A stretch of 64,000 nt of DNA. Origin: an uncultured Eggerthellaceae bacterium (lineage in GTDB: Bacteria; Actinomycetota; Coriobacteriia; Coriobacteriales; Eggerthellaceae). Made by a program: the position numbers and the translations under genes. Under the pieces are notes generated by a model that made no database searches, was not told where the DNA came from, and worked only from the letters and a program-made list of their open reading frames with translations. The DNA lies in assembly GCA_948616985.1 (NCBI GenBank), contig CAPGDO010000002.1, forward strand, positions 5,965 through 69,964. Direction: 5' to 3'. Numbering within the stretch: position 1 is the first letter of the stretch; each line of letters starts with the position of its first letter. Below are positions 19,613 to 29,258 of the stretch, one piece after another.

Positions 19613-20743
19613 ATGCATAGCTTTCGGAATGATTACTCTGAGGAGTGCCACCCCCTGGTCTTGGAAGCCCTTGCGAAGTTCGCTTCAGAACAGCAGCCGG
19701 GATACACGGAGGATGCCCATTGCGAGCGGGCAAGGATGCTATTGCGTGAGACGATGCTGCGCTCCCTTGAACGCTCAGGAGCCCAAGACGGCCATCGGGA
19801 ACGCGTTCGTGATTCCGTGATCGAATTCGTTTCCGGTGGTACCATGGCGAACCTCCTGACGATCTCATCTGCGCTGCGCCCCTACGAGTGCGTGATAGCG
19901 GCCCCCGAGGGTCATATCAATGTCCATGAGACCGGCGCCATCGAAGCTACGGGCCATAAGGTCCTCACCACCTCCGATATGAATGGGCTGCTCAGCGTCG
20001 AAGGGGTGGATGCTGTCATGGCAGAGCATGGTTACGGTCAAGATCACCACATGGTGATGCCACGCATGCTCTACCTCTCCTTCTCTACGGAGATGGGGAT
20101 GGTCCATTCCGCCGCTCAGCTGGCCGCCCTACGCGCCTACGCGGATACCCATGACCTGCTCATCTACATAGATGGGGCACGGCTTGCGGCAGGGTTGGCA
20201 AGCCCGGGTACGGATGCCACGTTGGCCGATATCCTCAAAACGGCCGATGCTTTCACCTTTGGCGGTACGAAGAACGGAGCGCTCTTCGGTGAAGCCGTCG
20301 TGCTCCTCGATCCTGCTGCCTTCGGCAGCTTCAAAGCGGCCCAGAAGCAACGCGGCGCCCTCATGGCGAAGGGCTTCCTCTATGGCATCCAGTTCGAGGC
20401 ACTCTTCGATCAGTACGGGTGCGAGGCTGGCATCCCCGGATCAGAGGAGGACGAGCCGCTCTACTTCTCCTTGGGCAGGCATGCCAATGCTATGGCTGCT
20501 GCTCTTGAGGACGCTTTGAAGCGCAACGGCTTCACTCATCTGGTCAGCCAGGGACAGACGAATCAGGTATTCGTTCGAGTGGATGCAGATACCGCTCGCC
20601 TCCTTGCAGAGCGGTTCGGCTGCGAGTTCTTCGGCGTGCCTTGCGAAGGCGAACAGATCGTGCGGTTCGTTTGCTCCTGGGCGACCGAACCTGAGCATAT
20701 CGAAGAGCTCGATCGTACGCTCCGAAGCCTTCATAGCCGATAA
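19613..20743 (+). CDS. Threonine aldolase / beta-eliminating-lyase family PLP enzyme
   Basis: ORF 19568..20743. FRNDYSE... N-terminus and FTFGGTKNGALFGEA (PLP-Lys region). Start taken at ATG 19613 (MHSFRNDY), with AAGGAG upstream. Confidence 0.75.
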   Translation: MHSFRNDYSEECHPLVLEALAKFASEQQPGYTEDAHCERARMLLRETMLRSLERSGAQDGHRERVRDSVIEFVSGGTMANLLTISSALRPYECVIAAPEGHINVHETGAIEATGHKVLTTSDMNGLLSVEGVDAVMAEHGYGQDHHMVMPRMLYLSFSTEMGMVHSAAQLAALRAYADTHDLLIYIDGARLAAGLASPGTDATLADILKTADAFTFGGTKNGALFGEAVVLLDPAAFGSFKAAQKQRGALMAKGFLYGIQFEALFDQYGCEAGIPGSEEDEPLYFSLGRHANAMAAALEDALKRNGFTHLVSQGQTNQVFVRVDADTARLLAERFGCEFFGVPCEGEQIVRFVCSWATEPEHIEELDRTLRSLHSR

Positions 20744-20760
20744 AGCTCCCCGGAAAGAGA

Positions 20761-20785
20761 ACGGCGGCCCTAGGAGAGCCGCCGT
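20761..20785. terminator. Hairpin between convergent genes
   Basis: ACGGCGGC (20761..20768) pairs with GCCGCCGT (20778..20785), with a 9-nt loop. It sits between the aldolase stop and the permease stop. Confidence 0.4.
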
Positions 20786-20820
20786 GAGCCTATCGTTCTT
20801 GATGATGCCGCGGAAGTTCG

Positions 20821-22209
20821 CTAGAACTCGTCCAGCTTCACATCTCGCTTCAAGCCGAAGTGCAGTATCAGGTAGTAGATCGTACCGATGATGACCCAGC
20901 TGATGCCTAAGGTCATGGCAAGGCTATCCAGGCTGATCCACACATATCCGATGATGAAGAAGCCCACTACCGGCACGATCAGATGTCGCAGGATGTTCTT
21001 CGACTTCTTCCGGAACATGAAATAGTAGATGATCGTCAGGTTCAAGATCATGAAAGCAGTGAGCGCTCCGAAGTTGACGCAGCTTGAGATGGCAGCGATA
21101 CCTAGGCTATTGAAGATCACCACCAAGACGATGGAGAGCGCGCCGATGAAGATGGCGGCCACATAGGGCGTCTTGTACTTGTCGTGGATCTTGGCGAGGG
21201 CCTTCGGCATGAGGCGGTCGCGGCTCATGGCGTACAGGATGCGCGCGATGGCGGTCTGGGCAGCCAGCGCATCGAAGATGCCCCAGGCGATGGCCGTTGC
21301 CACAGCGCAGAGCGCGTAGAGGAATTTGCCGCCTGCTATAGAAGCCACCAGGTAGAAGGCGTTGTCGGGGTCATCAGCGAATACCGCTCCATCAGGGCTC
21401 AGGCACCCAGCGATATAGGTCTGTGCCATGAACATAACGCCTACGAGCAGAAGCGATATGACCATGGCCCGGGAAGGCCCGCGCTTGGCGTCTTTCGCCT
21501 CTTCGGAGAGCGTAGCGATCGCGTCGAAGCCGAGGAACGAGAGCACGCCCAGAGACACAGCCCCCATGACCAGATCCATGCTGAAGGTCTCAGCGTTATA
21601 GAAGGGCTGGAGCGTGAACCCGTTGGAAAGCGGATCGGTAGCCAGCCACCAGATGCCCATGACGAGGAAGACCACCAACACGATGATCTCCGCCACGAGG
21701 GCGATCCGGTTCAAGAGCGCAGTGAGCTCGATGCCGCGAACATTCACGAAGGTGTTGAAGACCACAAAGATGAGACCCCAGACGAGCGTCGGCACGCCAG
21801 GAATAAGGCCGGACATGGCCTGGGCGGCCACTACATAGAGCAAGGTAGGGACCAGCATATAATCCAAGAGCATGGTCCAGCCGGTCACGAAGCCCACGCC
21901 CTTGCCCACGCCCCGGGATGTGTATCCATAAACGGAACCGGACACCGGGAATTCCCGGGAGAGCGTAGCGTAGGATACGGCGGTGAATATCATGGCCACC
22001 ATACCGATCAGATACACGAGCGACGGCATGCCGCCTGAACCGTTGAAAACATCTCCATAGATGCCGAATGGAGCGATAGGCACCATGAATATCAAGCCGT
22101 AGACGATCATATCCGGGACCGTCAACGCTCGTTTCAATTCTTGCTTGTATCCCATCTCCTCCAGCGCTTCGCTTGAGGATTCGATGGAATCCATCATCTC
22201 TTTAGACAT
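20821..22209 (-). CDS. APC-superfamily amino acid/polyamine permease
   Basis: 462 aa with about 12 TM helices and the typical APC N-terminal region (LKRALTVPDMIVYGLIFMVPIAPFGIYG). Confidence 0.8.
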   Translation of the reverse strand: MSKEMMDSIESSSEALEEMGYKQELKRALTVPDMIVYGLIFMVPIAPFGIYGDVFNGSGGMPSLVYLIGMVAMIFTAVSYATLSREFPVSGSVYGYTSRGVGKGVGFVTGWTMLLDYMLVPTLLYVVAAQAMSGLIPGVPTLVWGLIFVVFNTFVNVRGIELTALLNRIALVAEIIVLVVFLVMGIWWLATDPLSNGFTLQPFYNAETFSMDLVMGAVSLGVLSFLGFDAIATLSEEAKDAKRGPSRAMVISLLLVGVMFMAQTYIAGCLSPDGAVFADDPDNAFYLVASIAGGKFLYALCAVATAIAWGIFDALAAQTAIARILYAMSRDRLMPKALAKIHDKYKTPYVAAIFIGALSIVLVVIFNSLGIAAISSCVNFGALTAFMILNLTIIYYFMFRKKSKNILRHLIVPVVGFFIIGYVWISLDSLAMTLGISWVIIGTIYYLILHFGLKRDVKLDEF

Positions 22210-22252
22210 GCTCCCCCTCCTTGTTCGACGCTTTTTTGCGTCGCTTGGGTCA

Positions 22253-23164
22253 TCATCCTTCTATCTGGAAACCGTAGGCATCCAGCACGTACTTGGGAAC
22301 CATGAAGCGGACCGTCTCCTCTGGGTCGACCATCTGGCACACGCGCACATCCCCTACGAGGGAGAACAACATGACGAGTTCTGCTTCGTCTATCCCCGTG
22401 CGCTCGTGGACGAGATCGACCATCTGATGGACCGCCTCGTCCGCCGCTTCGTCCAACGTTGGCCTTGAGGCGATGATGCCCATGTGCGTGGGGGTCACCA
22501 GGAGCGGATTCGGAAGGGAGAGCTGAGGGAGTGCGGTCAGCTGCACCGTGGCGTAGCCTGCGACCTCGGCCCCAGAGACGCTGATCTCCCCATCACCCAT
22601 GACCGCATGCATATCCCCGCAACCGAAGAGTGCGCCTGGTGCAGTCACTGGGAAGTAGAGCACGGCACCCTCCCCTATCTCCGTGCAATCCATATTGCCA
22701 CCGTGAGGACCAGGGGTGCCACAATTGACAGGGTCTCCTTCGGGAGCCACGCCAATCACTCCGATCATCGGCTTCAAAGGGATGCTCAGCTTCTCAGTCC
22801 AGACCAGATGATCCCCTTCTATCCGATTGATGGAGGTGGCCCACCCTTTGAAGCGGTCACCGCAGACGCCTTCATCCTCGCCGGTGCAAGAAGCGGTTCG
22901 GCCATCCAGCTCTATCTTCTGGATCTGCACCTTGAGGGCACCGCCTGGCATGGCTCCCTCTACATAGATGGGGCCGGTGGCGGGATTGATGCGATCCCAA
23001 TCGATCTCATCCAGCTCGTCTTCGGGTGTGCGCACTTGGTTGCCGAAGCAATCCATCGTGCGGATGCGCACGGTATCCCCTGACGCTACCCTCAGAACAG
23101 GTTCGGCATCTTGGGCGAAGGCATAGATGACGCGCTCATCCCCCAGTTCATGCAGCTTGCTCAT
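22253..23164 (-). CDS. Acetamidase/formamidase-family amidohydrolase
   Basis: ORF 22253..23194. FmdA/AmdA-like sequence (TMDCFGNQ..., GPIYVEGAMPGGALKV, GNMDC, CGDMHAVMGDGE). Start at ATG 23164, preceded by AAGGAG. Confidence 0.75.
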   Translation of the reverse strand: MSKLHELGDERVIYAFAQDAEPVLRVASGDTVRIRTMDCFGNQVRTPEDELDEIDWDRINPATGPIYVEGAMPGGALKVQIQKIELDGRTASCTGEDEGVCGDRFKGWATSINRIEGDHLVWTEKLSIPLKPMIGVIGVAPEGDPVNCGTPGPHGGNMDCTEIGEGAVLYFPVTAPGALFGCGDMHAVMGDGEISVSGAEVAGYATVQLTALPQLSLPNPLLVTPTHMGIIASRPTLDEAADEAVHQMVDLVHERTGIDEAELVMLFSLVGDVRVCQMVDPEETVRFMVPKYVLDAYGFQIEG

Positions 23165-23190
23165 AGCTCCTTCTTTCTCTTGGGATCGGG

Positions 23191-23679
23191 TCAACCCTCA
23201 TAGCCGATATCTCGGGACAGGTTCTCTCCGTCTGCAGCCGCGGTAGCAAGAGCATCGCAACGCTCGTTCTCAGGATGCCCTGCATGGCCTTTGATCCACC
23301 CGAAGGTGACCTCATGCCCATCCATGGCGGCCAAGAGCTCCTCCCACAGATCGCGATTCGCCACAGGCTCCCGCTTCGCATTCTTCCAGCCTTTGCGCTT
23401 CCATGAGGATATCCAATCCTTATTGAAGGCATCAGCGACGTACTTCGAATCCGTTTGGACATGCACGCGACAAGGATGCTTCAATGCTTGGAATGCGCGT
23501 ATGACCCCTAGAAGCTCCATGCGGTTGTTGGTGGTCAGCTGGAAGCCCTCAGAGAGCTCGCGCTCATGGATCTGGCCGTTCGCGTCCCTGAAGCGCAGCA
23601 GCGCGCCGAACCCCCCATTACCGGGATTCCCGCGCGCCGCGCCGTCGGTATATATCTGGACCTCGTGCAAGGTCAACAT
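23191..23679 (-). CDS. rnhA: Ribonuclease HI
   Basis: 162 aa. [28 protein letters not shown] and [14 protein letters not shown] motifs. Confidence 0.9.
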   Translation of the reverse strand: MLTLHEVQIYTDGAARGNPGNGGFGALLRFRDANGQIHERELSEGFQLTTNNRMELLGVIRAFQALKHPCRVHVQTDSKYVADAFNKDWISSWKRKGWKNAKREPVANRDLWEELLAAMDGHEVTFGWIKGHAGHPENERCDALATAAADGENLSRDIGYEG

Positions 23680-23689
23680 CCGCTCCGTA

Positions 23690-25828
23690 CTAGAGCATGG
23701 ACTGGATCAAGATGAAGAGCGGGCTGAAGGTCAGAGATACGATGGTCATCAGATTGATGAGGATGTTCATGGAAGGACCGGAGGTATCCTTGAACGGATC
23801 GCCCACGGTGTCGCCCACGACAGCTGCCTTGTGGGCCTCAGACCCCTTGCCACCGAAGTAACCCTGCTCGATGTACTTCTTGGCATTATCCCAAGCGCCA
23901 CCAGCGTTGGACATGAAGATAGCCATCAGCATGCCCGTGGCCACCGCACCCGCCAAGAAGCCGCCCAGCATCGCTGGATCGATGCAGCCGATGACGATGG
24001 GAACCACGATGGAGATGATGCCCGGAGCCATCATCTCGTGCAGAGCCGAGGTGGTGGAGATGCCCACGCACTTGTCATACTCAGGCTGAGCCTTGTATTC
24101 CATGATGCCAGGGATCTCGCGGAACTGGCGACGAACCTCTTCCACCATGGCATGGGCTGCCCGTGAGACAGCACCCATGGTGAGCGCTGCGAACATGAAG
24201 GGCATCATGGCACCCACGAAGATGCCCGCCACGATCAGCGGATCGGTGAGGGACAGCTCGAAGCTGGGGATGTAGTTGTGCATGGTGGCCTGATAGGACA
24301 CGAACAGCGAGATGGCTGACAGACCCGCCGAGGAGATGGCGAAACCCTTGGCGATGGCCGCCGTGGTGTTGCCTACCGCATCCAGGGCGTCCGTGCGGTC
24401 ACGGACCTCTTCGGGAAGCCCTGCCATCTCAGCGATGCCGCCCGCATTGTCAGCTACCGGACCATAGGCATCAACGCCGATGGTGATGGCGGTGTTGGAG
24501 AGCATGCCCGTGGCAGCCAGGCCGACACCGAAGAGGCCAACAGCGATGGCGTTGTCAGTGGAAGCCTCAGGGAAGGCCATGTTGCCGAAGAGGAAGGCAC
24601 CGATGATGGCCAAGGCAACGAGGCAGATGGGGGCGATGGTAGAGAGCATGCCCGTACCCAGACCCTCGATGATGACGGTGGCAGCGCCCGTCTCGGCCGC
24701 CTCTGCGATCTTATGGACCGGCTTGTAGTGATCAGAGCAGAAGTACTCGGTGATCTTGCCGATGGCCAGGCCGGCGATGAGGCCGCAGAGCACGCTGCCG
24801 AAGAGCCACAGCGGCTGGGCTTCTACAGCCATGCCGTTCCAAACGAAGAAGATGCCCAAGATCACGAGGATCTCAAGGCCGGCAGCCACATAGGTTCCCC
24901 TGTTCAGAGCCTTATGCAGGTCAGCCCCTTCCTTGGTGCGAACGGCGAACAGACCGATGATGGAGGTGATGATGCCGCAGGCAGCGATGACTACCGGGAC
25001 GACCATGGCCCAGATGAGATCAGCGCCAACGAAGTAGCCGCCCAAGGCACCGAAGGTGATTGCCAGGATGGTGGGAGCCAGGATGGAACCGGTGTAGCTC
25101 TCGAAGAGGTCAGCACCCATGCCGGCTACGTCACCCACGTTGTCACCAACGTTGTCAGCGATGGTCGCCGGGTTGCGCGGGTCGTCCTCGGGGATGCCTG
25201 CCTCTACCTTGCCCACCAGGTCAGCGCCTACGTCGGCTGCTTTGGTGTAGATGCCGCCGCCCACACGAGCAAAGAGAGCCACAGCCGATGCGCCGGTAGC
25301 GAAGCCCTCTACCATGCCGATGTGCTCATGGGCCAGATGCATGACCTCACCCGTCACATCGATGCCGGAGATGCCGCTGAATACCAGGAGCACCAGCCAC
25401 AGGGAGAGACCCAGGAGGGCGAAGGAGGCTACGCAGAGGCCCATGGTGAGACCGCTGCGGAAGCTCACGGTGAGCGCTTTTGCTACGCTGGTCTCCGCAG
25501 CATAGGCCGTGCGCGTGTTCGCACGCGTTGCCACGTGCATGCCCACGTACCCGGCAGCTGCAGAGAGGACGCCGCCTGTGATGAACGCGAGAGCCGTCAC
25601 CCAGGAGAGCGCTATGGCCATCACGATGGCGACCACCACCATGAAGATCACGAGCAGCTTGTACTCGCTCATGAGGAACGCCTTGGCGCCCTGTTGGATC
25701 TTGATGGAGATGGAGTTCATCTTCTCAGATCCAGGATCCTGCCTGAGGACCCAGCTTCCCAGATACGCCGCGAAGAAGATACCGACTGCGGCGCAGATGG
25801 GAGCTATCCACGCTATTGCCGTTGTCAC
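23690..25828 (-). CDS. hppA: Membrane-bound ion-translocating pyrophosphatase (K+-dependent type by the GNTTAA motif)
   Basis: ORF 23690..25891, whose first codon is [12 protein letters not shown] and [13 protein letters not shown] motifs. Start taken at GTG 25828 ([10 protein letters not shown]...), which gives the canonical N-terminal length and has GGGAAAGG upstream. Confidence 0.9.
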   Translation of the reverse strand: MTTAIAWIAPICAAVGIFFAAYLGSWVLRQDPGSEKMNSISIKIQQGAKAFLMSEYKLLVIFMVVVAIVMAIALSWVTALAFITGGVLSAAAGYVGMHVATRANTRTAYAAETSVAKALTVSFRSGLTMGLCVASFALLGLSLWLVLLVFSGISGIDVTGEVMHLAHEHIGMVEGFATGASAVALFARVGGGIYTKAADVGADLVGKVEAGIPEDDPRNPATIADNVGDNVGDVAGMGADLFESYTGSILAPTILAITFGALGGYFVGADLIWAMVVPVVIAACGIITSIIGLFAVRTKEGADLHKALNRGTYVAAGLEILVILGIFFVWNGMAVEAQPLWLFGSVLCGLIAGLAIGKITEYFCSDHYKPVHKIAEAAETGAATVIIEGLGTGMLSTIAPICLVALAIIGAFLFGNMAFPEASTDNAIAVGLFGVGLAATGMLSNTAITIGVDAYGPVADNAGGIAEMAGLPEEVRDRTDALDAVGNTTAAIAKGFAISSAGLSAISLFVSYQATMHNYIPSFELSLTDPLIVAGIFVGAMMPFMFAALTMGAVSRAAHAMVEEVRRQFREIPGIMEYKAQPEYDKCVGISTTSALHEMMAPGIISIVVPIVIGCIDPAMLGGFLAGAVATGMLMAIFMSNAGGAWDNAKKYIEQGYFGGKGSEAHKAAVVGDTVGDPFKDTSGPSMNILINLMTIVSLTFSPLFILIQSML

Positions 25829-25937
25829 TGTCTTACACCTTTCCCTCAAGGACACATATGAGGGAGAATGTACAGGAAAACGACCCGACAAGCGGCCATC
25901 AATCAGCAGATGGTCGGCCCTGACGGGCGCATGACCT

Positions 25938-26858
25938 TCAGGGGAGCTGGGAGGTAGCCTCTATGTCTTGTCGGATCTGGGATGCCAGCGCCTCAGGACC
26001 GTCGAATTTGATCATGGGGCGCAGATAGCGGATGAACTGGAGTGTGAGCTCTTCAGCATAGATGTCCCCGGAGAACCCCAGCAGATGGGCTTCCACTGTG
26101 TGGTTGTGAACCCCTTCGAAGGTCACAGGAACCCCTACGGATATGGCCGCCTTGAAGCGTTGTCCGTCGACGATAGCATACCCTGCATAGACCCCATCGG
26201 CTGGGATGAGGCCTTCGGCGGGAACCTGCAGGTTCGCTGTAGCGATGCCCATCTCACGGCCCACCTGGCGTCCGGCCACTACCTTACCTGACAAGGCGAA
26301 GGGCTGCCCTAAGAGCCTTCCCGCCTCTTCTACCTTGCCCTCCGAGATGAGCGCCCGGATGCGCGTGGAGGTCACAGGATGTCCTTCCTGCTGGAAGAGC
26401 GGCAGAGCAACCACCTCCATGCCGTGATCGTCACCCCAGGCTTTGAGTAGGCTGACATCCCCTGAAGCCTGGCACCCGAATCTGAGATCCTCCCCTACGA
26501 ACAGCATCTTGGGAGCCCCTGAGGAGAACAGCGCATCCAAGAACCTCTCCGGCTGCATGGTGCGCACGGTCTCATCGAAGACGATGGTGACCACCTCGCC
26601 AACACCGGAGGCAGCCAGATGCGTCAAGCGGTCTTCATTGCTCATGAGCTTTCCCAGCTTCCCAGGAGCGAATACCTCATCGGGATCTATGTCGAAGGTG
26701 ATGATCATGGATGTTCTGCCCTGGGCGTGGGCTTCGTCCAGGGTCTTCTCCAGGATGAACCGATGGCCTTGATGGAGGCCGTCGAAGACGCCGAAAGCGC
26801 AGGATGTCCCCGGGAAGAGAGGGTGCGAGGGCAGGGTGCGTATCTCAGATGACCCCAC
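25938..26858 (-). CDS. ribF: Bifunctional riboflavin kinase / FMN adenylyltransferase
   Basis: ORF 25938..26936. GVFDGLHQGHRFIL nucleotidyltransferase motif and a C-terminal riboflavin kinase domain. GTG 26858 has GAAGGGGG 6 nt upstream and gives the usual ~22 aa before the GxFDGxH motif. ATG 26900 is an alternative start. Confidence 0.88.
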   Translation of the reverse strand: MGSSEIRTLPSHPLFPGTSCAFGVFDGLHQGHRFILEKTLDEAHAQGRTSMIITFDIDPDEVFAPGKLGKLMSNEDRLTHLAASGVGEVVTIVFDETVRTMQPERFLDALFSSGAPKMLFVGEDLRFGCQASGDVSLLKAWGDDHGMEVVALPLFQQEGHPVTSTRIRALISEGKVEEAGRLLGQPFALSGKVVAGRQVGREMGIATANLQVPAEGLIPADGVYAGYAIVDGQRFKAAISVGVPVTFEGVHNHTVEAHLLGFSGDIYAEELTLQFIRYLRPMIKFDGPEALASQIRQDIEATSQLP

Positions 26859-27846
26859 GGGAGACCCCCTTCGAGAAGACGCACTCAGGGACGTAGGCAT
26901 CCTTGCCCCCATCGAAGCGATACACAGCCAGGACATGATCGGTGCTCAGCATCAGCACTTGTTCCCCGGGCGTAGGTGGGATACATGATTCCACTACCCC
27001 TGCCGTACAGGCGCACGGGCTATGGAGGGGATCATGGGTATGCTCATGGAGCCGCACGGTAGCAGAAGGAAGCTGCATGCCATGGCTGACGCCTTCGCGC
27101 TCGCGGCCTTCAAGGTAGGCGAAGCGCAAGCCCAGGACCTTGACCGGATCAAGGCATGCGCGCTCCCTTAGGGCTTCCAAGGCATCGAGAGAGGCACAGT
27201 CCTCTAGGGTGATGCGGCCGCTCTGAGTACGGATGAGCGAGCTCAGATGCGCTTCAGTGCCTGCCGCCTTGCCGATATCCCGGGCGAGCGAACGGATATA
27301 GGTACCCTTGGACACCTGGAAGGCCACATCCCAGAAGAGGCTGCCTTCCTCTTCCCCCACCCTGAGCAACTCGGCACGGCCTACCTTGATGGGACGGGGC
27401 TCCAAGTGAAGCACAGTGCCCTTTCGGGCTGCAGCATAGGACTTGACACCGTCCTTCTTGATGGCGGAATAGGCAGGGGGCATCTGCATCTGCGGCCCTA
27501 GGAACCTTTCCAGCACGCTTTGGGCGAAAAGCGGGTCGAGCATCTGGGAAGGCACGGGAGCGGTGCGGATCACACTGCCCTCAGCGTCATCGGTATCAGT
27601 GGCGGCTCCGAAGCAGATGCGCGCCTCGTAGCCCTTTCGTTGGGATCCCAACAGAGAATTGAGGCGGCTAGCGGGACCGACGAGCACGATCAGCACGCCT
27701 TGGGCCATGGGATCGAGGGTGCCAGCGTGCCCCACCCTCTTCTCACCGAAGATCCTCCGAACGCGGTTCACCACATCATGGGAGGTCATGCCCGCAGGTT
27801 TATCTACAGCCAACAGCAGGCTCAGATCGGTCTGTCCCCTCTTCAT
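26845..27846 (-). CDS. truB: tRNA pseudouridine(55) synthase
   Basis: 333 aa. VDKPAGMTSHDVV and GHAGTLDPMAQGVL (catalytic Asp) motifs. Confidence 0.93.
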   Translation of the reverse strand: MKRGQTDLSLLLAVDKPAGMTSHDVVNRVRRIFGEKRVGHAGTLDPMAQGVLIVLVGPASRLNSLLGSQRKGYEARICFGAATDTDDAEGSVIRTAPVPSQMLDPLFAQSVLERFLGPQMQMPPAYSAIKKDGVKSYAAARKGTVLHLEPRPIKVGRAELLRVGEEEGSLFWDVAFQVSKGTYIRSLARDIGKAAGTEAHLSSLIRTQSGRITLEDCASLDALEALRERACLDPVKVLGLRFAYLEGREREGVSHGMQLPSATVRLHEHTHDPLHSPCACTAGVVESCIPPTPGEQVLMLSTDHVLAVYRFDGGKDAYVPECVFSKGVSRGVI

Positions 27847-27852
27847 GGGTGC

Positions 27853-28839
27853 CTAGCAGCCGAGGGATCCCTGGAGTGCGGCTTTGACCTGCACGATGGC
27901 CTTGTCCAAGGGGCCAGGCAGGGTGAAGCCCGCAGCGGCCTTATGGCCTCCTCCACCGAAGAGGCCAGCGATGGCGGCCACATCGGTCCCATCCTTCGCG
28001 CGCAGGCTGCCGCGCACCTCATCTCCTCGCACCTTCAGGATGCAGACCACGCTCACCTGACCCAAGGAGCGCAGGACATCTATGGCCCCTTCGCAATCAG
28101 CATAGCTGGCACCGTAGCGATCCATATCCTCTTGGGAGAGGAAGCTGAGAGCAACGGAGCCGTCACCCAAGAGCTCCATATGCTGGACGACAAGGGACTC
28201 CATCTGTACGGCGGCCAAGGTCTTGCTCTGGTAGAAGGCGGTGGATATGCCAGAAACGCTGATTCCCGTGGCGACCATCTCAGAGGCCAAAGCGAAAGCC
28301 CGCTGATCAGCATTCTGATACTGGAAGCGGCCCGTATCGGTCATGAGGCCCGTATAGCAAGGACCGGCCAGCTCTGGACCAAGCGGCACCCCCGCCGCCT
28401 TCGCCACTTCCCAGACAAGGCAGGTGGCAGAGGGGGCCGATGGGTCTATATGGAAGATATCCGCTGGGCATTCTGACACCTCATGATGATCGAGGGTGAT
28501 GGTGAACTGGGCACCTTGCCGCAATGCGCAGGCAGCTTGCCCCAGCCGGTCATCACCGGAAGCATCCACAGAGATGAAGGTAGCAGCCGGATGGGCTTCC
28601 GAGACGTTCACCAGAGAAGATGCACCGGGGATGCTCAGGAGTGCAGCATCCAAAGGCTCCTTCAGAGCCACGACCGGCTGGACTTCCTTCCCGAGGGCCT
28701 TGAGGATGGCGGTCATCCCTAAGACAGAGCCAATGCAATCACCATCAGGGCTCACGTGCCCACAGACGATGAAGTCATCGTGGGTACGCAGTGCCTGGGC
28801 GATGGCAGCGAAAGAGGCTTGCTCCATAGAACCGACCAT
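27853..28839 (-). CDS. nrnA: DHH/DHHA1 phosphoesterase (NrnA-type oligoribonuclease / pAp phosphatase)
   Basis: ORF 27853..28938. Contains HVSPDGDCIGS (DHH motif I/II region), LDHH and GGGGHKAAAG (DHHA1). Start taken at ATG 28839, past the rbfA stop. Confidence 0.85.
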   Translation of the reverse strand: MVGSMEQASFAAIAQALRTHDDFIVCGHVSPDGDCIGSVLGMTAILKALGKEVQPVVALKEPLDAALLSIPGASSLVNVSEAHPAATFISVDASGDDRLGQAACALRQGAQFTITLDHHEVSECPADIFHIDPSAPSATCLVWEVAKAAGVPLGPELAGPCYTGLMTDTGRFQYQNADQRAFALASEMVATGISVSGISTAFYQSKTLAAVQMESLVVQHMELLGDGSVALSFLSQEDMDRYGASYADCEGAIDVLRSLGQVSVVCILKVRGDEVRGSLRAKDGTDVAAIAGLFGGGGHKAAAGFTLPGPLDKAIVQVKAALQGSLGC

Positions 28840-28846
28840 GGTCCTC

Positions 28847-29224
28847 TCAGTATTCTTCGCCAATGCCTGCGGTCTTCTCGTAAGCAGCTTGACGCTGCTT
28901 CTCTGCATCAAGGTAGCGCCCGAGCTTCTCTGCGGCATCTACCGTATCATCTACGTGGAAGCGCAGTTCTGGCGCCTGCTTCCAATCCAACTTCTTCGCC
29001 ATGAGAGAGCGGATATGGCCTTTGGCGGAATCAAGAGCAGCCTGCACCTCAGGGTAGCGATCAGCCTCACAGGTGAAGTAGACGTCCGCATAGGCGCGAT
29101 CATAGCTCACCTTGCAGCTGGTGATGGTGACCATCTCCAGGCGCGGATCGGATACATCGAACAAGAGGATGCTGGAGATGACCTCGCGGGCTTGCTCATC
29201 TGCTTTGCGGTTTCCCTCTTTCAT
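28847..29224 (-). CDS. rbfA: Ribosome-binding factor A
   Basis: ORF 28847..29245. ATG 29224 has GGAGG 7 nt upstream. RbfA-like sequence (ISSILLFDVSDPRLEMVTITSCKVSYDRAYADVYF). Confidence 0.9.
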   Translation of the reverse strand: MKEGNRKADEQAREVISSILLFDVSDPRLEMVTITSCKVSYDRAYADVYFTCEADRYPEVQAALDSAKGHIRSLMAKKLDWKQAPELRFHVDDTVDAAEKLGRYLDAEKQRQAAYEKTAGIGEEY

Positions 29225-29258
29225 GATGCGACCTCCTCTATCCAAGGATGCTCGAGCG

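Noticed and set aside
19437-19868. 143-aa minus-strand ORF upstream of guaA that might have been a missing GATase domain.
   Set aside because: Its translation (Ser/Pro/Arg/Gly-rich) shows no class-I amidotransferase motifs (no Cys-His-Glu triad context). It overlaps the well-supported plus-strand aldolase gene and the guaA start.
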